From positions 59,582,001 to 59,646,000 of the forward strand of contig OX597816.1 in assembly GCA_951406725.2 (NCBI GenBank): 64,000 nt of DNA, given 5' to 3'. This document shows, one piece after another, positions 13,367-25,600 of the stretch. The stretch's first letter is position 1, and every line of letters starts with the position of its first letter. The translations under genes were made by a program, and so were the position numbers. Below the pieces are notes generated by a model. The model saw only the letters and a list, made by a program, of their open reading frames with translations. It was not told the origin of the DNA and did no database searches. Origin of the DNA: Octopus vulgaris (lineage: Eukaryota).

Positions 13367-13536
13367 TCTTTTATTCTTTTACTTGTTTCAGTCATTTGAC
13401 TGCGGCCATGCTGGAGCACCGCCTTTAATCAAGCAACTCGACCCCGGGTCTTATTCTTTGTATGCCCAGTACTTATTCTATCGGTCTCTTTTGCCGAACA
13501 GCAGCATCGGTTGTCAAGCGATGTTGGATGGGACAA

Positions 13537-13569
<33 letters not shown>

Positions 13570-15525
13570 TATATATGATGGGCTTCTTTCAGTTTCGGTG
13601 TACCAAATCCACTCACAAGGCTTTGGTCGGCCCGAGGCTATAGTAGAAGACACTTGCCCAAGGTGCCACGCAGTAAGACTGAACCCGGAACCATGTGGTT
13701 GGTAAACAAGCTACTTACCACACAGCCACTCCTGCGCCTATATATATATATATATATGTGCTCTATGCTCACCATGTGGGAATGTATGTGTGTGTTTGTC
13801 CTCCACTGCTTGATAATTGGTGTTGGTTTGTTTACATCACTGTAACTAGCAGTTCAGCAAAAAAGATTGATAAAAGAGGAACCAGATATAACCTTTCAGG
13901 GTCATGCTCCAGCATGGTCACAATCCAATAACTGAGACAAGAAGAAAATAAGAGATAATCTAAGACTACATTATCCAATATTCCATTCCTTTATTTAGAG
14001 AAAGTAGGATTTAGTTTGAAAGAGATTTAACATCTATTTCTAGCACATACCTAGAGCCTTCCTTTTTATCTCAAATCACTCACGTGTAAACTGTAACAAT
14101 GCGTTTTATATTAAAGAGAAGAAACAAAAATGCTTATCCAAGAATGAACTGAAGCAGAAAATAGAAAACACATGTTTGACTTTGGCAACAAAAAGAAATG
14201 TTAAGAGTGTCTTGAACATTGCCCTGTGTTCCTCACAATAAAAACAGAATTGGTAAATGAAGGCAACCCTAATTGTAGAGGATGTCTACTAAAGATAGTT
14301 TATTTGTGTTAAATATATATATATATATATAGATAGATATATATATATATGTGTGTGTGTGTGTTTATTTCTCTATTTAGGTAAGTATAGCGAGGTTATT
14401 TAAGAAGAGGGAGAAATAAATCTGGGCCAAATACTTGTTGTGTGGGAATGTTTATGTCTGTCTGTCTGTCTGTATGCCTGTACACACACACACACATGCA
14501 CATACACACATACATATGTACATGTCTTTTATGTTCAGTTGTAATAAAAACAAATTACATTAATTTGATGGGTTGTTGTGTACTTTTGTGGAGTGCAAAT
14601 TTATTATCGTTAAACAAGAATACTATTGACAGTGACTTCAAAGTCAAGTCAGGCAAGCCATTGTCTGATGATGGCTTAATATGTAACTCATCTTAATATA
14701 TAACTCAACATAAAAGCAAACATACATACATACATACATACAAATATATACACACACATATACATATAGATACACACACCAAAGAGTAAATCTTGGGGTC
14801 AATTTGCACGGCTAAAGATGGTGCTCCAGCATGGCCACAGTCAAATGACTGAAACAAGTAAAAGAGTAAAAGAGAGTAACTTAGCTGAGCCACTAAGTTA
14901 CAGGGACATAAACACACCACTATTGGTATGTGTGTATGTATGTATGTATGTGTGTATGTGTGTATGTATGTGTGTATGTGTGTGTATGTATGTATGTGTG
15001 TATGTGTGTGTATGTATGTATATGTGTGTGTATATGCATATTCAATACATGTGGAGAGTGAGAGATATGGCTGTGTGCTTCAGAAGTTTACTTCCCAGCC
15101 ACTAACTAAAAATAAATCTATTGATTAATATGATCGTTAATTCCAATATTCCAGCAAGTTACATGTTTAAAATCACCAGAGAAAGCTTTGGTAAGACACA
15201 CCAACTACTGACAAAATTGAATCAGTATTTCAAAATATTCCAACAGGGTAGCTTCAATCTTGCAAACCTTAAATGGCCAGGAGGTCACACATTCTCCTCT
15301 TAGCTAGGACATAGCACACCATGGGTGCAAACAAGAAGAACCTCATGATACTTCAATCTTATTCAGCATATCAGTCTCTTGAAAGATGTTCTGATGTCTA
15401 GCCACTGACCTGGTAGACATCTACAAGATCATCCACCATCTTTCCAACAGCAACCTTGGGCACCATTCTGAATTTTTATGTCTAACACTTGTGGACATGC
15501 TTACAAAACCAGAAAAACAACACAC

Positions 15526-15935
15526 TCTCTTTTACTCTTTTACTTGTTTCAGTCATCTGACTGTGGCCATGCTGGAGCACCACCTTTAGCCGAGCAAATT
15601 GACCCCCAAGACTTATTCTTTGGAAGCCTAGTACTTATTCTACCGGTCTCTTTTGCCGAACTGCTAAGTTACAGGGACGGAAACACACCACCATCGGTTG
15701 TCAAGCGATGTTGGGGGGACAAACACAGACACACAAACATGGATATATATATATATACATATACATATATACGACGGGCTTCTTTCAGTTTCTACCTACC
15801 AAATCCACTCACAAGGCTTTGGTGGGCCCGAGGCTATAGTAGAAGACACTCGCCCAAGGTGCCACGCAATGGGACTGAACCCGGAACCATGTGGTTGGTA
15901 AGCAAGCTACTTACTACACAGCCACTCCTGCGCCT
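15526..15935 (-). mobile_element. tRNA-derived SINE family A (internal microsatellite, GTAAAAGA tail)
   Basis: Minus-strand head GGCGCAGGAGTGGCTGTGT..TAAG (box A) and GGTTCAGTCCC (box B), then GGCACCTTGGGCGAGTGTCTTC. Tail CAGCATGGCCACAGTC..ATGACTGAAACAAGTAAAAGAG. Other copies (approximate): 2085-2308, 4472-4640, 13367-13740, 22145-22800, 40975-41350, 41366-42202 (split), 52140-52517, 53610-53890, 63540-63850. Confidence 0.85.
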
Positions 15936-16220
15936 ACTCATGATTTTTGGAATATTTTTTTACACTCAGAATTTCTGGAGCATGGAATAAACTTTCCATA
16001 TCAGTTGTTAGCTTTTGGGACACTACGTCCTTCAAAACTGCTACACTTCCTTAATTTGCCAACAATGCACCTGATATCTAACCCCCTTTTTTAAACAACT
16101 CTTTGACTGTTCACTTCCAGTGCATTATTCTATGCACTGTTCATGCCTTTTGGCAACTTTTTCTGATGAGCTGTCATGCACCAGAGCACTGTATACAATA
16201 AGTTCAATATTATTATTATT

Positions 16221-16960
16221 ATTACCTCTGCTTTAGGAAAGGCAGAGGTATTGTTTTTAGTCATGTTTGTTTGTCTGTGGACAAGTTATCTCAAGAACTG
16301 CTGGATGGATTTGGATGAAGCTTTCAGGGATGTTTGGCTTCGAGACTGGCACAAACTGATTAGATTTGGGGATTGACCTGGTACTGGACAAGAATTCTGG
16401 AATATTTTTCCTGTTTTTTTTTTCCACTTAATTTTTGAGATCAGTTGGGTTCATTTTTAGTATTCTCGTTTGTGAGAGCAGTCAAGTTTATTTCAGATAT
16501 TCTCATTTTAAAAATAATCTCCAGCTAATCGTTGAGAGGACGTTGGTGTTGCCTAGGCAGAGGTTTGCACTCTCTGGGTGCTCTTGTTATTATTATTATT
16601 ACTTCCACCTTAGTGAAGGCGGCAGTATTGTTTTCAGTTGTGTTTGTTTGTCAATGGACAGGAAATTTCAAGAACTGTTGGATGGATTCAGATGAAATTT
16701 TCAGGGATGCTTGGTCTCGTGATTGGGACAAACTGATTAGATTTTGGGATCCATCCGGTACCAGACAAGGATTCTGGAATATTTTTCCTGTTTTTTTTTT
16801 GCTTAATTTTTGAGAACAGTTGGGTCCATTTTTAATATTCTCATTTGTGAAAGCAGTCGAGTTTATTTTAGATATTCTCATTTTAAGAGTCATCTCTGGC
16901 TAATCTTTTAGAGGATGTTGACATTGCCTTGGCAGAGGTTTGCACTCTCTGAGTGCTCTT
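16221..16960 (+). mobile_element. Two tandem copies of a ~370-bp Helentron/HINE-like non-autonomous element
   Basis: About 16221-16588 and 16600-16960 are homologous. Sub-terminal IR CCTCTGC/GCAGAGG, 3' hairpin GCACTCT-CTG-(G/A)GTGC, and (TTA)n flanks. A related-type element lies at about 25845-26103 (-). Confidence 0.6.
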
Positions 16961-17535
16961 ATTATTATTATATGAAATAAAATGGTTTGCTATCCAACAA
17001 GCAACAACAATATATTGGTAATGTGGCAGAGACTGGTAATGATGACACTAGTCAATGAAAACAATCAAAGAGATATACATACTGGATGGGACAGAATATG
17101 AAAATATCAATAATAAATAAGTCCACAAAATAAGCCTTGGTTTGATTAAACCTTTTCTTAACAAATTTCTGTTGAAATACATAACTTCAAAAATAATGAA
17201 GTTTGTAAAGTAAATTTGCCATTTTTAAATTGATGCTTGGAACATAAATTATCATGAAATACAACATCTCAAGAATCATCTTCATTTCATCCTAAATCTT
17301 CCTTGGTCTATCTTTTCAACAGGTTTTATTTATTTTGAACATGCAGCACATGCGCACACGACAAACACATACACACACAAAAGTAAAAAAAATAACTGAA
17401 ATAATAACAATACAAATTAGATTCCGGAAAGAAAAAATATAAAATGAAATTCTACAAAATTTTGTTTGGGTTAATTTTAAAGGATAAATTGTACATTTAT
17501 TGAAAAACGAAAAAAAATGACTAGAATATGCTCAC

Positions 17536-17958
17536 CTTAACAATATCAAAGAGTCCAAGACGAGCAGCCAAAAATATCGGTGGATGGTCCTGACTACCAA
17601 TATTAACATCACAGCCATGTTTTATGAGATTCTCCACAACAGTTTTATCTTTAGATTTAATAGCAGCATATAATGGAGTCATGCCTATATTATCACGAAC
17701 TTGAACACAAGCAGATGCCTCTAATAACAGAAGGCAAACATCCGTCTGGGCAGACTCTGCTGCCACAAATAGAGGAGTCTGTTGAGTACGTTTGTTCGGT
17801 TGTTCCAAACAAACCCCGGCATCCAGGAGAAGTTGACATACTTCGTAGTGTCCATGTTTAGCAGCGTATACCAAAGGTGTGTTGCCGTCCTCATCGTAAT
17901 CGCATTGGTAACAGTGACGACCACACTGAAGACACAGCATTACTTGGGGACGTAATTC
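17536..17958 (-). CDS. Ankyrin-repeat protein, coding exon 2 (423 nt, phase 0-0, about 4 ankyrin repeats)
   Basis: Acceptor tgtttcag|GAA and donor AAG|gtgagc. Encodes ELRPQVML...GNTPLVYAAKHGH...QTPLFVAAESAQ...GMTPLYAAIKSKD...HPPIFLAARLGLFDIVK. Confidence 0.93.
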
Positions 17959-19010
17959 CTGAAACATACATAAAATTGTACTATAATAATGCATGCATAT
18001 ACATACACAAATGCACATAAATATACTTATTTTTTAAGAAAACAGAGATATAATTAAATTAATAATCATTTATTTATCATAAAATAAGACATTATCTCTT
18101 ATCATCATTATCATTGTTTAACGTCTGTTTTCCATGCTGGCATGGGTTGGATGGGTCAACTGGGGTCTGGCAAGCCAGGAAGCTGCACCAGGCTCCAATC
18201 TGATCTGGCAATGTTCTACAACTGGATGCCCTTCCTAACGCCAATCACTACGAGAGTGTAGTGGGTGCTATTTTACGTGCCACTGGCACAGGGGCCAGAG
18301 GGGGCTGGCATCAACCACGATCAGATGGTGTTTTTTATATGCCACTGACACAGAAGCCCGTCAAGGCGGTGCTGGCATCGACCACATTTGGATGGTGCTT
18401 CTTACATGCCACCAGCACGGGGACCAAATAATAATTATTATTAGATAATTATTAATTTAATAATATCTCTATTTTCTTTCTTTCTTAAAAAAATATATAA
18501 ACCCCAGTTTATCCAGTTACCTTACAGCTGAATATGAATCGTGTAATAATCAATACTTCTTGTAATAGGTAATAAACCAGTATATTCATTGGATTTTTTT
18601 ATCCCTTAATGAGGTTTGCAGCGTTGCCTATCCTTACCAGCGTCGCCTTCGTTACCAGCATGCCTTTGTTACAAGCATCGCCTTACTGGCACGTGAAAAA
18701 AACATTCGAGCGAGATCGTTGCCAGTGCTGCTGGACTGGCTCTTATGCAGGTGGCACGTAAAAAACACCATTTGAGCATGGCCATTGCTAGTACCGCCTG
18801 ACTGGCCCTTGTGCCGGGGCCACGTAAGAGCACCCACTACACTCTCGGAGTGGATGGCAGTAGGAAGGGTATCCAGCCGTAGAAACTCTGCCAGATCAAG
18901 ATTGGAGCCTGGTGCAGTCATCCAGCTTGCCAGTCCTCAGTCAAATTGTCCAACCCATGCTAGCATGGAAAGCAGATGTTAAACGATGATGATGATGATA
19001 TATATATATA

Positions 19011-19050
<40 letters not shown>

Positions 19051-19060
<10 letters not shown>

Positions 19061-19417
19061 AGTTTATATTTGTTTCAAAGAAGAAAAAAAATGGAGATTG
19101 GGCATTTAATAATTGTTTATTATTAACAGCAAATTGGTCGTCTTCACTTACAGCCATTTCAATTAATATTCATTATACATTAAATTTACATTTATGCGAC
19201 ATGAGGATAATATCAGTGGAGGATGATACTATTTTTCCTCCGATGATATTATGCTCAGATGATATTATGCTCATGTTGCATAAATGTAAATTTAATGTAT
19301 AAGGAGTATTAATTGAAATGGCTGTAAGTGAAGACGACCAATTTGCTGTTAAAATAATAAACAATTATTAAATGCCCAATCTCCATTTTCTTTTCTTCTT
19401 TTAAACAAATATAAACT

Positions 19418-19425
<8 letters not shown>
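19051..19425. mobile_element. Foldback (long inverted repeat) element between (TA)n tracts, with a decayed hammerhead-like motif
   Basis: About 19051-19213 is the near-perfect reverse complement of about 19261-19425. It is flanked by (TA)n on both sides. The right arm has TGAAATGGCTGTA. Confidence 0.75.
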
Positions 19426-19471
<46 letters not shown>

Positions 19472-19508
19472 GAAATCCATTTTGGGGGAATGGATTTCCT
19501 AATAGGTA

Positions 19509-19557
<49 letters not shown>

Positions 19558-21840
19558 CCTATTAGGAAATCCATTCCTCCAAAATACTTGGTATTGAACC
19601 AGTATTTCCTTGGCTGAAACCATCCCTTCATGAGCTTAACACAACCTCTAATTAAATACATATATATATATATATACACACACACATACATACACACTGG
19701 TGATGGTGCCATGTAAAAAGCACTCAATACACTCTGTAAAGTGGTTGGTGATAGGAAAGGCATCTAGCTGTAGAATCCAATCCAAAACAGACAACTGGAG
19801 CCTGGTCAACTCCTTGCCTTGTCCAGCCCGTCCAACTCATGCCAGCATGGAAAATGGACATTAAATGATGATGATTCAGATTATTGGAGTAGATACTTTA
19901 CAATCAAACTGCAACATTAAGCAGATACCTGTTAAAGCATTATCTCTTCAGAGGTAAACTAGGTGTGGTATCTGCATTTAATTAGTTTGATTGAGACAAG
20001 AAGAGTAACTTATCAAAAATGCACACAACGACACTAATGGCATGAGAGTTTTATCTCGTTCGTTTTAGGTTAGTAGGTCATTAGATTGGCAGGGTCATTA
20101 GAATATCAAATTTCTTTTGTGATAGACAGAGATGGCTTTTGTATATTCTGAGTTCAAATCTTGCTGAAGTCAACTTGTATTTTTATCCTTCAGCAGTTGA
20201 CGAAATAAATACCAGTGAAATACTCGGTTGGTTACATACATCCTTTCCAACCCCTGAAAATTCAACAGGTGATAGACTTATTAATTCAAAAGTACCAATA
20301 GTTCACCTGTTAATTGATATCTCTTCTTACCTATTGAAAGATCCAAACTGTAATTCTATTTATCCTTCCCAGTGCATGGAATGAATAAATACTGTAATTA
20401 CTCTTGAAAAAGCTGTACTTTATACTCTTGGTTTTAACTAAAATAACTGGGGAGTAACTTATACCCTACTAAATGCTATAATGTGAATCCTTGTCCACTT
20501 CATATGTTATTGTTGGAACTGTAATATTCTTGTCGCCATTATTATGTTGTGGCGGTATTCTGCATCTTATTACCTTTGACTTATCTATCGGGCTATTCCT
20601 TTCTACTCTAGGCACAAGGGCCGAAAATTTTGGGGAGGGAGCCAGTACTTAATTTATCGATCCTGAAAGGATGAAGGGCAAAGTCGACTTCAGCAGAATT
20701 TGAATTCAACATAAAAACAGACGACATAACACTAAGTATTTTGCCTGGGGTGCTAACGTTTCTGCTAGCTTGCTGCCTTTAAAATATTCTTTTCTACTCT
20801 ATGCACAAGGTCTGAAATTTTGGGGGAGGGGGCCAGTCGATTAGATCAACCCCAGTATGCAACTAGTACTTCATTTATCAACCCTGAAAGGATGAAAGGC
20901 AAAGTCGACCTTGGTGGAATTTGAACTCAGAACATAAAGACAAAATAATGCTAAGAATTTTGCCTGGCATGCTAACCATTCTGCTAGCTACTGCCTTTTG
21001 TCTATTGTGCTATTGCTGATAACTCCGCAAGATAAGGACTTCATAACATCTACCTTGATGGTAACTTGAATTTGTATTATATACCGCATAACTGACAACT
21101 GAGATACTTGTACTACAAATCTACTACTAATGACTGACTTTTACTTCATAGTGGCTATGTCATACCATTTTGCCACATGGGAAGAGGTGTACCATTTCAC
21201 TACAACAGTAAATATGGTAAATGAATTAGAAGAAGATTAACACAAACCACCTAACCATCAAATTACATGTGAATATATAAAGTACATAAAGAGAGATGTT
21301 TGTGTCTTTGAGTATAAGAGACTTTAGCCATGCTTGTTTCACTAACCTGGTCTACTTGTTTTGGTTTAATTTCTTTTTCTGGAGTCATCAGACTCGTATT
21401 AGTGTTTACTTGGCTTCCATGGTGTGTAATAAATTAGTAGAACATAACATGAACCCAGAACAAAAGGAGCTGCAGAAAATGCTGCTAAGCATTTTGTCTA
21501 CTACCAACTCTGCCAGCTCCCTCCCCCACCTTGGTCTGTTACAGTTAATAGGATACTTATGTCCAGATTAACAGATCTTTACAGATTAAAGTGTTTGTAG
21601 GGGTGGAAACTGGGTCAACAGACCATTGGCAACAATGCCTTGCACTATTTGCTCTGAATCAATGTGCTTTGAGTTCAAATCACAAAGAGGTCAACTTTGC
21701 TTTCATCCTTTCCCTGTTTCCTTCTCCAGCCATGTCAGGCCCTTGGGTTGATCTAATCGAATGGACTTTCACAAGAAACCAGCTGGCACCAAAGGACAGC
21801 AGGACTGAAATTATGTAAAAGTGGAAGATACTGTACATAC

Positions 21841-22085
21841 CAAAAGAGGTTGCATCAGGAGATATTGTACGATCTTTGTAAATCCATAATAACAGCTGAT
21901 ACACAGTGGAGTCCATCCTGCCGAAGAGCAGTTTACATCAGCACCAGCCTCTACGAGAGATTTCACTGCAGCATAGTCGTTATTAGTGACAGCCTTCAGG
22001 AAATTTTTGTCAAAATTGCTTAAATGACAGATGGCACTTTCTAGTTTCTTGCACTTCACCCAGGAACAGTCCATTCCAACACATC
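21841..22085 (-). CDS. Ankyrin-repeat protein, first identified coding exon (probable ATG at 22074)
   Basis: Acceptor tttttattttcag|GATG and donor TTG|gtatgt (phase 0, matching exon 2). Encodes MDCSWVKCKKLESAICHLSNFDKNFLKAVTNNDYAAVKSLVEAGADVNCSSAGWTPLCISCYYGFTKIVQYLLMQPLL (GADVN and WTPL ankyrin motifs). Confidence 0.9.
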
Positions 22086-22227
22086 CTGAAAATAAAAACA
22101 AAGAAAAAGGGCATCTTCCTTAAAAAATTAAAGTTCAAAATACAGTTTAGGAAATTTGCTTTCCAACCCCATGGTTCCAGGTTCAGTCCCACTGCATGAC
22201 ACCTTGGTCAAGTGTCTTCTACTATAG

Positions 22228-22505
22228 CAGTGTTTCCCAACCAATTTCCCCCCAGGCCCCATTTAACTTTCCAGGAAAATATATTCCCCAGCAGTGGTCG
22301 GAAAACAGCAATTTTATTTCTAATATTTATCACAATTATTTAATACAAAAGAATCTATTGGTAATTATTTTAAGTACTGAATACAAAAAAAATGTACATT
22401 ATTGACTAAGCAAAGTAAAAGAATGACTTTTATGAGAACCTTGTGTCTGGCAACTACGGCACCATGCCTTATAACAATTGTCCTAGACCCCACCAGGAAT
22501 CACTG
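22228..22505. mobile_element. hAT MITE nested in a family-A SINE
   Basis: CAGTGTTTCCCAA...GGAATCACTG with 8-bp TSD TACTATAG/TGCTATAG. The SINE sequence resumes in register after it. Confidence 0.7.
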
Positions 22506-23167
22506 TGCTATAGCCTTGTGCCAACCAAAGCCTTGTGAGTGGATTTGGTAGACGGAAACTGAATGAAAGCCATTGTGTGTGTGTGTCTTTTTGTGTTTGT
22601 TTCCCACCCCCACTTAACAGGTGTAGGTGTGTTTATGTCCCCCATAACTTAGCGGTGTGGTCAGATGAACCAATAAAATATGAACCAAACTTTAAAAACA
22701 TTTAGTAGTGGGTTTGATTCATTCATCTAAAATTTCTTCAAGAGGTGCCCCAGCATGGCCATGGTCTAATGTCTGAAGCAAACAAGCAAAAGATGAGAGA
22801 TAAAAAGAATCAAAATACAACTTCTTTATTTCAATCTTCTCACCTACATTTCCACACCACTCCTATAATTGAATTAGTGAAGTTTACTTAATTAAAACAC
22901 ATTAAAAGCCACTTCAATTACAGCTAATGGAATACTTATGTCCAGATTAACAGCTCTTTACAGATTAAAGTGTTACTAAAATTTTAAAAAAAACACTGTA
23001 AGAATAAAATAGAAAGAAATTAAGTTAAGTGTTGAATGTTTTGTAACAAAACTTGTTGGATATCTGCAACTTATGACTAAATTTAACGTAAGATTAAAAT
23101 GTGAGTATGTGTGTGGACATGTGCTTTACACAAATGTTAAGAGTTGTTCCTCTATTATATATTTTAA

Positions 23168-23388
23168 CCCTTTTCTTACCATATTTCTGTTGAGATGCTC
23201 TGTGTTTCTTTCGATTAATTTTAAATATAACAAAGAATTTAGAAAATAACTTAGTTATCATTAAGCTAGTGTTAGGAACATAAATTGTGACTAAGGTTTG
23301 GTGGAGGATTTTAATTCAGAACTTAGGAAAACAAGACATTTGTACTACAGAGCCAGAAGCGGTTTCAGCTGGGTTGTTAACGAAAGGG
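23168..23388. mobile_element. piggyBac-type MITE
   Basis: TTAA|CCCTTTTCTTAC...GTTAACGAAAGGG|TTAA. Confidence 0.7.
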
Positions 23389-24439
23389 TTAAGGTTCTTC
23401 CACAACTTGTGATATATAATCCATGAATCCATAAAGTAGAGTGGATTATAATAAGATGGGCATCCAGCTATAAAATGGATGCTGGTAAGAAGAGCATCCA
23501 GCTTGTAAAGCCATAGAAAAAGAAGAAAAAAAAGAGAAAAAATTGAACAAATGAACAAAAGAAACATAGTTCCATAAGCTGCAGAGGCAACCTATGTAGA
23601 AGAATGGTGACTCTGAAATTAAGGAAAGGGAAGACTTTAATTATGTCACCATCACCAGAGATGGTTTCTAAAGGAACATGACAACAAGCGATGAGATGGT
23701 AGGACAGTGTGGAAAAACAAAAGCAAGATGTTGATGTGTATGTGTGTGTATGTGCATGTACACACATGTGTGTGTGTACACTTGATCAATGTCTAAGCCA
23801 AACGTATATGAGTAAAATTTGCATGACTAAATAAATGATTATTCAAATAATAATGATGATTATGAAAAAGAAAGTGAACAAAATGAAATACTTAAGGAAA
23901 ATATTGCATAGAATTTGAGAAGTGTTTTCAACATCTTTCAGTGATGGCAGGCAAATCAAACGTACTGTAGTTCGTTGTAGGATATAAATAATATGACCAC
24001 TTGCTTATCGGGAAATTTGTAAGTTAGACTTTTTATAAATTAAAAATTTTTTTCAAGTATCACCATTATAAGTATTTGTATTCTGGTGAAATTAAGAAAT
24101 CAACTCATAAATAAATGAAACCTTCGCTGTACACACACACAGTTGCATATCTATGTCTGTATTTATTTATGTATGTACCTACATGTGTCTATGTGCAAAG
24201 GTACACCATGATCTATACACACGCAGATGAGGGTTGATTCTTATGAAAAAGGAAGTGAACAAAATGAAATACTAAGAGAAAATATTGCATAGAATTTAAG
24301 AAATGTTTCACCATTATAGACATTTATACTCCAGTGAAATAAAGAAATCAACTCGTAAATAAATGAAGTCCTCAAATCCATCACTGCACACACACTCACA
24401 CGCACACACACAGAGTCACATATCTATGTATGTATTTAT

Positions 24440-25600
24440 TGGATAATAAAATGAATGGGTTACACCTGGTAGCTTAATGGAAAAGCACGGTTACTTTCAC
24501 AGTGTTTGTTATGTATATGGCAAATGAAACACAGGAGATGGAATATATAAGAATATATTTATCACGTCAATTGTTTCAAAACATCTAACATTGATCCCTC
24601 ATGGGTAGGATACTTTACAACTGGTTTCAGGAGTACCCAGAAGTGCAGATGTATCTTGTCGGATGATAAATAAATACAACTTGTTAAAATAACAGTTCGC
24701 AATGTAACTTCTCGTTTTGTAGAAAGAAAAACAGTCAGACAGGAGGAAATATCTTCATTTATATAGATCAAAAATAAAATCATGGATGGAAAAAAAGAGA
24801 AACAAACACGCAATCCAGCAAGAAAAGTATTGAAAATAACTGTTAGCAAATATGGATGTATAAAGGCCCTCGGGCAAGCTGTATGGCACGAGTACACTTG
24901 CTCATACAAGCAGCCACTAACAATGTGAGTGTACGCACACATGAGGTTTGGTCTACTTATGATCACAAAGTGAGTTAACTATCTGCTTGGTGTTTGTAAG
25001 AATGGTGAGGTTAAAAGTAAACTTAAGTCATCCATACCTTAAAGTAAATTCCCACTGCAGTGTGCCAAAGTACATTTGTATGTGTGTAGGCATCTCAAGA
25101 GTCTTTCAGAAATTTTATTAATGATCTTCTCATTAGTCTACAGAATAAACAGGGATTCCTCGGAGCAGAAGCAGCATCTCCCGGAAATTATATTGTATGG
25201 TTTCATGTGCCTTACTATGGACCAAGTTATGCTGTACTTCATTTTATCCTCCTTCAGTCGCCGTACAAAATCGGCCAAAGATGTTGAATGTATCTTATTG
25301 ATTGTCTTAAAGCTGGCAACATGCTTACGATAACGATTCTTAAATGAATCAGCTGTCTGCCTAATGTAAACATATATCTGGCTGTTTTCTTTCTAAAAAA
25401 TGAGAATTAACATTGCGGAGCTGTAATTTTAACCAGTTGTATCTATTTATCACCCAACGAGATACATCTGCACCACCGGATGCCCCTGAACCAGTTGTTG
25501 AGTATCCCACACATGAGGGATCGATGCTAGCTGTGTTGAATCAAATGTAGTGTTAAATAAATTCTCATATATTCCATCTTCCGTCTTTCATTTGCCATAT
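24440..25600 (-). mobile_element. 5'-truncated Penelope-like retroelement (GIY-YIG endonuclease C-terminus, inverted pLTRs)
   Basis: Minus strand at about 25375-25070 translates YVYIRQTADSFKNRYRKHVASFKTINKIHSTSLADFVRRLKEDKMKYSITWSIVRHMKPYNIISGRCCFCSEESLFIL*TNEKIINKISERLLRCLH, the Penelope GIY-YIG pattern. Diverged ~225-bp inverted repeats lie at 24514-24742 and 25378-25603. Possible TSD TATGTATGTATTTAT. Confidence 0.8.

Noticed and set aside
15478-15990. 170-aa ORF
   Set aside because: Lies almost entirely within an antisense family-A SINE. The same peptide fragments recur at other copies.
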